Below are positions 10,841 through 20,136 of a stretch of DNA of 64,000 nt, piece after piece. Position numbers and translations under genes: made by a program. The first letter of the stretch is position 1. Each line of letters begins with the position of its first letter. The notes below the pieces were generated by a model. It made no database searches. It saw nothing but the letters and a program-made list of their open reading frames with translations, and was not told where the DNA came from. Where the stretch lies: the NCBI GenBank assembly GCA_944393235.1, contig CALXZJ010000001.1:14096-78095 (forward strand), in the 5' to 3' direction. The stretch comes from an uncultured Alphaproteobacteria bacterium. Its GTDB lineage: Bacteria > Pseudomonadota > Alphaproteobacteria > RF32 > CAG-239.

Positions 10841-10984
10841 ATGGAAAAACAAAAAGGAAATATGCAAGCCTCAACCAAGGAAACCTCAAAAGCTTCTGCC
10901 AAAGGCGGTTGCGGCTGCAAATCTTCAAAACCATCAGACGATGAAGAAATAATAGAAATTGAAGAAGAGGAATGGAAATATTAA
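10841..10984 (+). CDS. small acidic protein (47 aa) with GGCGC motif
   Basis: CAGGAGGAG RBS. A terminator-like hairpin at 11010..11040 follows. Sequence is MEKQKGNMQASTKETSKASAKGGCGCKSSKPSDDEEIIEIEEEEWKY. Confidence 0.4.
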   Translation: MEKQKGNMQASTKETSKASAKGGCGCKSSKPSDDEEIIEIEEEEWKY

Positions 10985-11150
10985 AAATCCAAAACCAATA
11001 ATTTCAAAACCCCGTTCACCATAAAAGATGAGCGGGGTTTCATATTCAATAGCGGCAAAATTGTCGCTTGTTTTCCGTTGCTTAACCAAAATTTAAGCAA
11101 AAACCGCTAAACATAACACAACTGATCATATCTTTTCCTGAGGAGTCGCC

Positions 11151-14100
11151 ATGACCGTTCCATTTTTCAAAAAAGCAATCTGTTTGCTTTTAATGCCGCT
11201 GTTAATCATCAGCACGGCGATTCCGCCGGCAAGCGCTGCTTATAACAAACTTGCGCCCCATGATTTTTATGAAATGTATGCACTTGCCGCCAATGGCAAA
11301 ATTTCCAAATTAAGCAACGCCATCCACCGCGGTTTGGACATTGATGCCGTAAACCAAAACGGCGACACCGGTTTATGCGTTGCAGCCAAACAAAAAAATG
11401 CCAAAGCATACAACACCTTTCGGAACTTAGGCGCCAACCCCGCGCATCCTTGCACCCGGAACATTCCTCACTATCAGTCATTTGTCAATTCGCGTGCCGT
11501 GCAAGCCGGTGCTTTTTGGCAAGAAAGCAGCTATGCACCGCCGGCATACAACATGGAAAACTCCAGCTCCGACAAATGGAAACTCGCCGGCCTTTTATTA
11601 CTATTAGGCGGCGGAGCCGCAATCTTATTAAGCGGCGGCGGTGGTGGCGGCGGTAGCGATGATGAACCTGCTGAAAACCCGGGCTTGAGCTGCGAATACG
11701 GCTGCGCCGAAGAAGACGAAAACGGCAACTGCCTTGTCTGCAATGATGCCCCGGATCCTGCAGATCCCTGTGAAGAAGATCCGTGTGCGGAAGGTTGTTA
11801 TACCAATATTACCTGCGGTCCGGGTGAAACCTGCAGTCAGCAAAATGCTTGCGGCGGTTGTGAAGCATGTACGGCAACGGAAGAGCCTCCGGCCGAAGAA
11901 TGGGAGGAATTTGCCTTACAATTTTACATGTCTTCCAGCCACACAAGCTTTGAAAATGAAGAAGATATATATCATGAAAAGCCTGAAGATGTTTATGCCG
12001 AAATGGGGTATTGGGGGGGAATTAATGCTGGTCAGGGTTTTCTAACAAATACCGGAAACATAACTTTGACATCATCCGATAGTTTTTCCAGTACATGGGG
12101 GTTTGGGATTTTTAAAGGAAACTTCGACGACCGCTCTGATCTTTTAACCGATACAATGTGGAGTGCTGATTATGGTTTGACAAATTCCGGGGATATTACA
12201 ATTGATGCCCCTTCCGCTGCAACTTTGGGCATATTTACCCAAACACTTGGACAAATGGGGGATCGTGTCTTGGAGAAAATAGAATCTTTGGTAAATGAAG
12301 GAAAGATTACAATAACCGGAACCAACTCCAGCGGTATTATGCTTGTCGGCAACGGCAAACTTGACAATTCCGGTGCGATTAACATAAGCGGTCAGATGAA
12401 AAAGTCTAGACAGGGAGCTTTGTATAGTATGTATGGAACATATTCTACTCAAGCCGTTGTTGATGATAATTATATTTATCAATATGTTATGCCCACATTT
12501 CGCAATGCTGGTATATTTTTTGCCAACCATGACAGGGGGTATGGTATTGAATCGGTAATGAACAACAGCGTTACCAATTCCGGTGATATTACCTTAAATC
12601 TGGATAGTGATACCATAGATTTGGATACGCCTTTTGCGTCTGTCGGCGAAGATGAAGAGTTTCAAACCGCTGCCGGTATCAGCGTTGATTATTCGCCTCT
12701 AAATGAATATGACTTGTTAACGGTTTCAAATTCCGGCAATATTGATATTAATTTTACGTCCAGCCTGCTGGAAGAGAGTGAAGCTGATGCTGAGGCTATA
12801 TTTGCCGCACGGAAACGCTATTATATTGTCGGCTTAAATATTTCTTCTACAGAAGAAGGCAAAGATTTACTTAATGTTGAAAATACCGGAACTATATCTT
12901 TATCCGGTAATGGCTCAATGCATGGCATTGCTGCCAAAAATGCCGTTATTGAAAACAAAGGCAATATTTTTATTGATATGAACAGTCAAAAGTATGATGC
13001 CGAAACCCGTAATTTTGTATCTGTCGGTATACTGGCACAAGATTCTGTTATTAATCAATATGCCAATATTGACTATCAAATTTCCGGTGCCGGCGGTTCT
13101 TTTTATTCCGCGGCCATGTACAATAGTACCTTGAATGTCGGTCCTGATGCAAAAATTTCCGGCACCGTTGCTGCATATAACAGTACCGTTAATAATCTCG
13201 GAACAATTGAAGTGTCCGGGCAATCTGCAGATGAGAGTACTTACGGTCTTTGGCTGACCGGTGATTCCGGCGGCTATAATGAAGGGGTTATCCATGTTGA
13301 TGCATCCCAAAACGGTATTGGTGTTTATGCCGAACAAACAGAAACTGACGGTTTCGAAAACAAAGGTAGTATTATAGTTAATTCAACCAATGGCATCGGC
13401 ATGTATGCTAACAGCTATGAAGGCGGTATTCACGACCGTTATGTCAGACTTATCAACAGTGGTACGATTTCGGTTACCGGGGATAACAGTGTCGGTATGT
13501 ATGCCAACGGTGCCAATTCCGTTATTGTTAATACCGGAGAAATTATTGTTTCCGGCAATAACAGTCAGGAAACAGATACTGCGAATCGCGGTACATTTTC
13601 AGACGGCAGTAAAACAGAGGCACAGGCGTTCAGGCTTGTAAACGGTGCAGCGCTTTATAACCTTGGCACGCTGGAATCCGATGGTAATCTGGATTTTGAT
13701 GCTCTGACGGATAATCAAAGTAAAGTTATTGCTGGAAAAAGTTCTGTTATTAAGGCCGAAAGTGTTAACGGAACATTGTATGCAAGTGCAGATATTACCA
13801 CCGGCAGTAATGAGGATTATTATGAAAGCCGTGTGATTGAGGCAGAAGAAAACAATGCTACAGCAGCCTCCAACAGTGCCATGTTTGCTGCAGAAATGGC
13901 TGGCGATAAAATGGTCATGACGCGCTATGATTTTAATGAAATCGTAGCAGATAAAAATTTGGCGGCATATCTTGAGAATAATTATCAACAAGGTAACAGA
14001 GTTGATTTGTATGATACGTTTAAAGCTGCCCAAGATACTGAAGTTTTAAACAGCACAATCAGTTCTATGCTGGGAGCAGATTTTGTGCCGGCATTGGCGT

Positions 14101-14975
14101 ATCAGAATCTTGAGCGCGTACGTTATATTAACCGCACAATGGCGGATTTGATGCAGAACAATCAGTCCGATAAAGACGAACGCGTGAGTGTTATTTCCAA
14201 TAATTATTATCATGATATCAAAGCGCACGGCGGTGTCAGCGGTTATGAGGAAAAGCTGTTCGGTTTCAACGGCTTGTTTGATAAAAAAATTAATAATAAT
14301 TTTCGTTACGGCATTGGTTTGGGGCTTTACCGGGTAAATGTTGATTTTGATGACGGAATTGACCGCAATGATAATTTGTTTGAGGTTTATAATCCGTACT
14401 GGTTTGATTATGAACGCTGGGGCGCGCTTATTATGCCGTATGCCGGTTACAGCGACGGCGATTATGACCGCCGGGAAAATTCTAAAAAATACAGCGCGGA
14501 TTTAAAAGCCTGGTATTACGGCTTAAACAACCGTATTTACCTTAAAAATCAGGCTGCCGGTTTAGAAATCCGGCCGACGGCAGAATTAAACCTGAACGGC
14601 ATTTATCAGGATAATTTCAGCGAAGATGACGGGCTTTCGGTTAAAGGCAAAAATATGTTTTCAGCCGAGGCCGGGTTAGGCGCTTATGTTTCCAAGGCGG
14701 CGGATTTTGGCACCAAAGGCAAGCTCAACCTTAAAGCCGGCGCCATGTATTACTACGAGCTAAATGATGATGCCTACCAAAGCATTAATGCCCGTTTTGC
14801 CGGCATGAACGGCATGTATTATCTTGACGGATATGATAACCGCCGCAGCCGCGGCATTGTCAGCTTAAAAGCCAATTACCAATTCAAAGGTTGGAATTTG
14901 TATGCCGAAATCACACGCCTGCTTGAACATAACGACAATATGGTATATAATGCCGGCTTAAAGTACAGCTTTTAA
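11151..14975 (+). CDS. autotransporter outer-membrane protein with ankyrin-like repeats, Cys-rich module and repetitive passenger
   Basis: GAGGAG RBS. AxA signal peptide, 2 ankyrin-like repeats (NQNGDTGLCVAAKQKNAKAYNTFRNLGANP), hydrophobic/Gly segment, 14-Cys module. Passenger repeats of NSGDIT/NTGTISLSGN type. C-terminal amphipathic beta-strand region ends in the aromatic residue YSF. Confidence 0.8.
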   Translation: MTVPFFKKAICLLLMPLLIISTAIPPASAAYNKLAPHDFYEMYALAANGKISKLSNAIHRGLDIDAVNQNGDTGLCVAAKQKNAKAYNTFRNLGANPAHPCTRNIPHYQSFVNSRAVQAGAFWQESSYAPPAYNMENSSSDKWKLAGLLLLLGGGAAILLSGGGGGGGSDDEPAENPGLSCEYGCAEEDENGNCLVCNDAPDPADPCEEDPCAEGCYTNITCGPGETCSQQNACGGCEACTATEEPPAEEWEEFALQFYMSSSHTSFENEEDIYHEKPEDVYAEMGYWGGINAGQGFLTNTGNITLTSSDSFSSTWGFGIFKGNFDDRSDLLTDTMWSADYGLTNSGDITIDAPSAATLGIFTQTLGQMGDRVLEKIESLVNEGKITITGTNSSGIMLVGNGKLDNSGAINISGQMKKSRQGALYSMYGTYSTQAVVDDNYIYQYVMPTFRNAGIFFANHDRGYGIESVMNNSVTNSGDITLNLDSDTIDLDTPFASVGEDEEFQTAAGISVDYSPLNEYDLLTVSNSGNIDINFTSSLLEESEADAEAIFAARKRYYIVGLNISSTEEGKDLLNVENTGTISLSGNGSMHGIAAKNAVIENKGNIFIDMNSQKYDAETRNFVSVGILAQDSVINQYANIDYQISGAGGSFYSAAMYNSTLNVGPDAKISGTVAAYNSTVNNLGTIEVSGQSADESTYGLWLTGDSGGYNEGVIHVDASQNGIGVYAEQTETDGFENKGSIIVNSTNGIGMYANSYEGGIHDRYVRLINSGTISVTGDNSVGMYANGANSVIVNTGEIIVSGNNSQETDTANRGTFSDGSKTEAQAFRLVNGAALYNLGTLESDGNLDFDALTDNQSKVIAGKSSVIKAESVNGTLYASADITTGSNEDYYESRVIEAEENNATAASNSAMFAAEMAGDKMVMTRYDFNEIVADKNLAAYLENNYQQGNRVDLYDTFKAAQDTEVLNSTISSMLGADFVPALAYQNLERVRYINRTMADLMQNNQSDKDERVSVISNNYYHDIKAHGGVSGYEEKLFGFNGLFDKKINNNFRYGIGLGLYRVNVDFDDGIDRNDNLFEVYNPYWFDYERWGALIMPYAGYSDGDYDRRENSKKYSADLKAWYYGLNNRIYLKNQAAGLEIRPTAELNLNGIYQDNFSEDDGLSVKGKNMFSAEAGLGAYVSKAADFGTKGKLNLKAGAMYYYELNDDAYQSINARFAGMNGMYYLDGYDNRRSRGIVSLKANYQFKGWNLYAEITRLLEHNDNMVYNAGLKYSF

Positions 14976-14991
14976 GTAAAGGAGAAGCGTT

Positions 14992-16758
14992 TTGAACATA
15001 ACAAACAACAAACGGCTGACGGTATGGCAGTTTGTATGGAAATATGTTGTACAGGCAAAATATCAGCTGATTGCTTTTATCATAATTTTCTCATGTATGG
15101 CATTTATAATGCGGCTGCAAAACTATATTGCTGCTGAAATAATCGGCGTTGTTTCAAACACGGAAGCTTACCCGAACGTGGCGCAAACTTTGGCAAAATA
15201 TTTAGGCTTTATGCTGTTGGCGTTGTTCATTACTGCCGGAATTGAAATTATCCGACGCATTTTGGAAGCAAATTTCGTTCCGTTTGCCACGCTGAAAGTT
15301 TCCAAAGATTTGTTTATGATGGTACACAAACACTCCACCCGTTTTTTTGAAGAAGAGCTTTCCGGCAATATCTCCGGCAAAGTACGCAACATTATCAACA
15401 TGGTTGAACATTTTTATTTCAGTGTTTTGTTTGGTTTTTCTCTACCGATTATAGAAATTACCATGAGCCTTTGCTTTATCGGCACGGCTGATAAAAAACT
15501 GGCGTTGATTTTAGGCGGCGTCAACTTGTTCTTTTTGCTTATAGCAATTTATTTTCGCAAACAAGTCACCCCGTATACGGCAATGAAAGCCAAACTAAAC
15601 GCTGCCGCCAACGGCATTTTCGTAGACGGCGTCACCAACAGCCAACTGGTTAAAAGCTTTGCCAATTATTTTTACGAAAAGCGGCTTTATTTCAAAGCGG
15701 CGCGCGAAGCAGCCATCGCGCAAAGACGTGAGATGAACAAAGACATCTTTGTCCGCACGATTTCACAGTTTGTTTTTGATATATTAACAATTTTTTCATA
15801 CGCACTCATTCTTTATTTTTGGTATCGTTACAATTTAAGCATTGCCGATGTGGTGTTGTGCATTTCTTTGGTGCTCTCGCTGGTCGGCAACGTACGCGGC
15901 ATGAGTTATTATGCCAGCAATTTTGCCCAAGTTTACGGCACAATCCAAGACGGGCTTGATTTGTTGGCAACACCCAACGAGGTTGTGGACAAACCTGATG
16001 CTAAAATCTTAAAAATCAAAGAAAATCGTATTGATTATGATAAAATCACTTATCATTATAAAGATAGCAAACCGCTATTTAAAAATTTCAGCCTGCACAT
16101 TGCCCCGAACGAAAAAGTCGGTCTGGTCGGTCATTCCGGCAGCGGAAAATCAACCTTGATTAAACTTTTAAGCCGTTATTATGATTTACAAAAAGGTCAA
16201 ATCTTAATCAGCGGAAAAAACATTGCCGACGTTACACAGGAAAGTCTGCGTAAAAACATTGCCGTTATTCCGCAAGAAAGCACTTTATTTAACCGCACCA
16301 TCATGGAAAACATCCGTTACGGCAACCCCAAAGCCAGCGACAGACAAGTGATTGCCGCCGCCAAAAAAGCCTTTATTCATGATTTTATTATGAGCCTGCC
16401 CAACGGTTACCAAAGCAAAGTCGGCGAAAGAGGCGTCATGCTTTCCGGCGGCGAACGGCAGCGTATCGCCATTGCCCGGGCAATTTTGAAAAACGCCCCG
16501 ATTTTGATATTAGACGAAGCAACTTCGGCTTTAGACAGCGAAAGCGAACGCTATATCCAACGTTCACTCAAAAGTCTGATGCAAGGCAAAACCGTGATTG
16601 CCATTGCCCACCGGCTTTCCACCTTAAACGAAATGGATCGCTTGGTGGTCATGGACAAGGGCAAAATCGTCGAAACCGGCAAGCACCAAGAACTTTTGGC
16701 TAAAAAAGGCGCCTATTACAAATTTTATGAAATGCAAGCTTCCGGCTTTGAGCGATAA
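14992..16758 (+). CDS. ABC transporter, fused permease/ATP-binding protein (MsbA-like exporter)
   Basis: 6 TM N-terminal region. Walker A GHSGSGKST, signature LSGGERQRIAIARA, Walker B ILILDEATSALD. TTG start with AAGGAG RBS, 17 nt after the autotransporter stop. Confidence 0.85.
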   Translation: MNITNNKRLTVWQFVWKYVVQAKYQLIAFIIIFSCMAFIMRLQNYIAAEIIGVVSNTEAYPNVAQTLAKYLGFMLLALFITAGIEIIRRILEANFVPFATLKVSKDLFMMVHKHSTRFFEEELSGNISGKVRNIINMVEHFYFSVLFGFSLPIIEITMSLCFIGTADKKLALILGGVNLFFLLIAIYFRKQVTPYTAMKAKLNAAANGIFVDGVTNSQLVKSFANYFYEKRLYFKAAREAAIAQRREMNKDIFVRTISQFVFDILTIFSYALILYFWYRYNLSIADVVLCISLVLSLVGNVRGMSYYASNFAQVYGTIQDGLDLLATPNEVVDKPDAKILKIKENRIDYDKITYHYKDSKPLFKNFSLHIAPNEKVGLVGHSGSGKSTLIKLLSRYYDLQKGQILISGKNIADVTQESLRKNIAVIPQESTLFNRTIMENIRYGNPKASDRQVIAAAKKAFIHDFIMSLPNGYQSKVGERGVMLSGGERQRIAIARAILKNAPILILDEATSALDSESERYIQRSLKSLMQGKTVIAIAHRLSTLNEMDRLVVMDKGKIVETGKHQELLAKKGAYYKFYEMQASGFER

Positions 16759-16786
16759 GAAAATTGCCCTGCGCACCTTTTTTACA

Positions 16787-18523
16787 TTAAGCTTTGAGCA
16801 TAGCTTCCGGCGCTTCAATACCTAAAAGATAAAGCAGTTGTTTTAACATATCGCGCACCAAACGCGCCAATTTCAGGCGTGAGGCTGCAATTTCCGCAGT
16901 TTGCGCCGTCATAATCGGGCAGGTATTATAAAAATTGCTGAAATTCTGCGCCAACGTATAGGCATAATCAGTGATAACGCTGGGCTCTTTTTCTTCATGC
17001 GCCCGGAAAATAATATTGCCGAACTGCAAAAGCTTCAAAGCCAACGAACGCTCGTCATCGTTTTCAATAACAATATCGCCTTCCTCTAGATTTTGCGCCT
17101 TGGCTTTACGCAAAATAGAGTTGATACGGGCAATGGCATATTGAATATAAGGGCCGGTTTTACCGTCAAACTTGGCAAAATCTTCCAATTCAAAAACATA
17201 ACCGGAGCCGATATTGTTTTTTAAATCTTGAAATTTGATAGCGCCCAAGGCGATTTGCGAAACCAGTTTTTCAATCTCGTCAGCGCCGTAACCTTCAACT
17301 TCGCCGGGTTTAGGCATAGATTGACGCACTTTTTCTTTGCTTAGCTCAATCAAATCTTCCAAATTCATCACGCCGCCGTCGCGGGTTTTGAAAGGCTTGC
17401 CGTCCGTGCCGTTAACCGTGCCGAACCCGATGTGCGTCAACTTGACATTATCAGCAATACCGAGCATCTGCGCCACTTGAAACACCTGTTCAAAATGCAG
17501 CGTTTGCCGTTTGTCCACCACATAAATGATTTCATCGGCATGCAAATCTTCCACCCGCATTTTGATGGTAGCAATATCGGTTACCTGATAACCAACCCCG
17601 CCGTCCGATTTGACCAGAATAACCGGCGGCATCGGTTTGTTTGTTTCTGGCAGACGAACAATCGTTGCCCCTTCATCAACTTCCGACAACCTTTTTTCTT
17701 GCGCCAGTTTGATAACTTCGCCGCAAGCCGCATGAGCATCGCTTTCGCCGAGCCATAAGTCAAAATGCGCATCCAATTCGGCATAAATTTTCTTGACATC
17801 CGCCACCGACACATCGCGTAAATATTTCCAAGCCTTGCGGTATTCCGGATTGCCGTTTTGCAAATCGGCCGTTATCTGTCGTGCAATTTCTTTGGCTATC
17901 TCATCTTCTTTGCAACGAATATTCGCTTGCTTATAAAAAGCGGATATGGCGGCGACATCATAAGTTTCCACCTTGTCAAGATTACCGTCTTGACGGATAA
18001 TTTCGGCAATAATCATCCCCATCGGCGTTCCCCAATCGCCAAAATGCACGTCGGAAACCACCTCATTGCCGACAAATTGCTCAATCCGACGGATAGATTC
18101 GCCAACCACAGCCGAGCGCAAATGCCCAACATGTAAGGCTTTAGCGACATTCGGCCCGCCAAAATCCATCACAACTTTACTCGGGCTTGCGCTTTTTTCA
18201 CAACCAAAACGCTCATCTTGCGCTATCGAGTCGGCAAGTGCGCCGATAAAGCCGTTTTGCAAACTGATGTTGATAAACCCCGGACCATCAACAGAAACCG
18301 CGGCAATATCAGCATCTGCTTTGAGCTGCTCAGCAATATTCCCGGCAATTTCGCGCGGGTTTTTATGCAAGGTTTTAGCCAGTGCCAACGCGCCGTTACA
18401 TTGAAAATCGCTCAAATCAGGACGGTCAGACGGCTTCACGAAAGCAAATTTTGCGTCCAGTTCAAGTTCTTGAAATATTTTTTCCAGTTTTTGGTTCAGT
18501 TTTTGTTCTATGGATAAGCTCAT
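16787..18523 (-). CDS. argS: arginine--tRNA ligase
   Basis: 578 aa. Class I HIGH (HVGHLRS) and KMSK-like motifs. AAGGAA RBS. Confidence 0.95.
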   Translation of the reverse strand: MSLSIEQKLNQKLEKIFQELELDAKFAFVKPSDRPDLSDFQCNGALALAKTLHKNPREIAGNIAEQLKADADIAAVSVDGPGFINISLQNGFIGALADSIAQDERFGCEKSASPSKVVMDFGGPNVAKALHVGHLRSAVVGESIRRIEQFVGNEVVSDVHFGDWGTPMGMIIAEIIRQDGNLDKVETYDVAAISAFYKQANIRCKEDEIAKEIARQITADLQNGNPEYRKAWKYLRDVSVADVKKIYAELDAHFDLWLGESDAHAACGEVIKLAQEKRLSEVDEGATIVRLPETNKPMPPVILVKSDGGVGYQVTDIATIKMRVEDLHADEIIYVVDKRQTLHFEQVFQVAQMLGIADNVKLTHIGFGTVNGTDGKPFKTRDGGVMNLEDLIELSKEKVRQSMPKPGEVEGYGADEIEKLVSQIALGAIKFQDLKNNIGSGYVFELEDFAKFDGKTGPYIQYAIARINSILRKAKAQNLEEGDIVIENDDERSLALKLLQFGNIIFRAHEEKEPSVITDYAYTLAQNFSNFYNTCPIMTAQTAEIAASRLKLARLVRDMLKQLLYLLGIEAPEAMLKA

Positions 18524-18544
18524 AAGTTGTTCCTTGTCGTAAGA

Positions 18545-18877
18545 TTATTTAACACATTTGTAATAAGCGTGTGAAGGTAAAAACAGTTTGCATGAAAATG
18601 AAGTTTTCTTCACCCATTCGGCGTGTGTGCCGGTCTTGTGTTTTTTGCATTCGGCATCGGCCAAATTTTGCAAAGTTTGTTTATCTGTCCACAAGCCGTT
18701 ATAACAAACCGCCGGTGCTGCCGGTTTGGATTTTCCGACATAAAGGCGGCTGATATCCTGCGCGCCGGCATTGCGTCGTCGGTCAACAAACGGCTCAAAA
18801 AGCGAACAGGCGGAAAGTCCGCACAAAATTAAAACCGCAAGAGTGATTTTTAGACTGGACAATTTCAAAAACTCCAT
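18545..18877 (-). CDS. hypothetical lipoprotein
   Basis: Lipobox LSAC after a hydrophobic h-region. Five further Cys. Confidence 0.5.
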   Translation of the reverse strand: MEFLKLSSLKITLAVLILCGLSACSLFEPFVDRRRNAGAQDISRLYVGKSKPAAPAVCYNGLWTDKQTLQNLADAECKKHKTGTHAEWVKKTSFSCKLFLPSHAYYKCVK

Positions 18878-18923
18878 TAAATTAATAACAATGTTTAAGC
18901 ATAATATACAAAGAAGATTTTAA

Positions 18924-19526
18924 ATGCAAAGCGAAAATGAATATATCGGCGACGATAAGTTTAAAAAGTTTTTGGAGCACTATGAATGCCCGATGCCGTT
19001 GAATGTGGTGAAAATGCGTTTTGCCGGCGCCGTCTGCAGCCCGAACTTAAACCTTCGCCCGACCGACGTTATTTCCTCATTATGGGCAGAAAATCAAGCG
19101 CCGAGGTTGGAAACCAAAAAAGAGGCCGAGCTGTTTTTCAAGTTTTTTATGGGTTTATGGGATGAAATGTTTAAACTCGTCCGCGCCAACAGGCTCACGC
19201 TGCCCAAGCTTGGCAAATCCGCAGCGGCAGATTTGAGTTTAAGATGCCGCAACCGGCATGAAGAACTGGAACAAGGCTATCTTGAAGGTTTTTGGGGCGG
19301 AAAAGAAGATTTGAACATTCCGGCTTATATTGCCGAAATTTTGGATTCTCTTTCCGAACTTGCCGATGTTTATGCGGCTTTAGCAAAAAAAGCAACCGGC
19401 AAAGCTGATGATGAATTGTTAAAAACCGCTGCACATACCGACAAAATGGCAGAGCGTGCCATCGGTTTCATCATAGAAAATTCCGTACTGCCGCGGATTG
19501 AAGAATTGCAAAGAAAAGTCAATTAA
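18924..19526 (+). CDS. UPF0149 (YecA/YgfB-like) family protein
   Basis: GAVCSPNLNLRPTDVISSLW resembles the UPF0149 N-terminal motif. AAGAAG RBS. Confidence 0.45.
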   Translation: MQSENEYIGDDKFKKFLEHYECPMPLNVVKMRFAGAVCSPNLNLRPTDVISSLWAENQAPRLETKKEAELFFKFFMGLWDEMFKLVRANRLTLPKLGKSAAADLSLRCRNRHEELEQGYLEGFWGGKEDLNIPAYIAEILDSLSELADVYAALAKKATGKADDELLKTAAHTDKMAERAIGFIIENSVLPRIEELQRKVN

Positions 19527-19548
19527 TTTTTCACAAGGAGTTGAAGTT

Positions 19549-20085
19549 ATGGAACTTTTAGAAGGACTTTTAACCAGACGTTCGGTGCGTCAATTTGCTG
19601 CGGATAAAAAAGTCAGCAAAAAAGATATTGAAGAAATCTTAAAAGCGGCATCGTACGCGCCATCGGCGCACAACAAACAGCCATGGGAGTTTGTGGTGAT
19701 TGAAGATCCTGAAAAACGGGCGGGCTTCCGAACGGTACAACCTTGGACAAGCTTTGCTAAGAACGCCTCTTGCGTGATTGTTGTGTGCGGCAACACCGAT
19801 GAAACTTTCCATCGTGAAAAAGAAAACGAACACTGGAACTTTGCCGATGTGGATTGCGCTTTGGCGGCGCAAAACATTTTGCTTGCTTGCCATGCCAAAG
19901 GTTTGGGCGCTTGTTTCTGCGGTGCAGCACCGATGCCGTTGGTGATTGACGGTGTTCGCAAATATTTGAATTTGCCGGAAAACATCCGCCCGCTGGCAAT
20001 TATCCCGATTGGTTATCCGGCAGAATCCCCCAAGCAACCGGAAAACCGCTATAATCCAGCCAAAGTCCACTGGGAAAAGTGGTAA
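19549..20085 (+). CDS. nitroreductase family protein
   Basis: LLTRRSVRQF...APSAHNKQPWEF nitroreductase fold motifs. AAGGAG RBS upstream of MELLEG. Confidence 0.8.
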   Translation: MELLEGLLTRRSVRQFAADKKVSKKDIEEILKAASYAPSAHNKQPWEFVVIEDPEKRAGFRTVQPWTSFAKNASCVIVVCGNTDETFHREKENEHWNFADVDCALAAQNILLACHAKGLGACFCGAAPMPLVIDGVRKYLNLPENIRPLAIIPIGYPAESPKQPENRYNPAKVHWEKW

Positions 20086-20136
20086 CATTTTTTTGCAATT
20101 ATAAATTATAAGGGTGGGGATAACTTACAATCTATC

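Noticed and set aside
11209-14228. Numerous minus-strand ORFs inside the autotransporter gene (e.g. 12915..13337, 13599..14033)
   Set aside because: They are antisense to a 3.8-kb gene that has coherent domain architecture. They lack RBSs and are AT-rich antisense frames.
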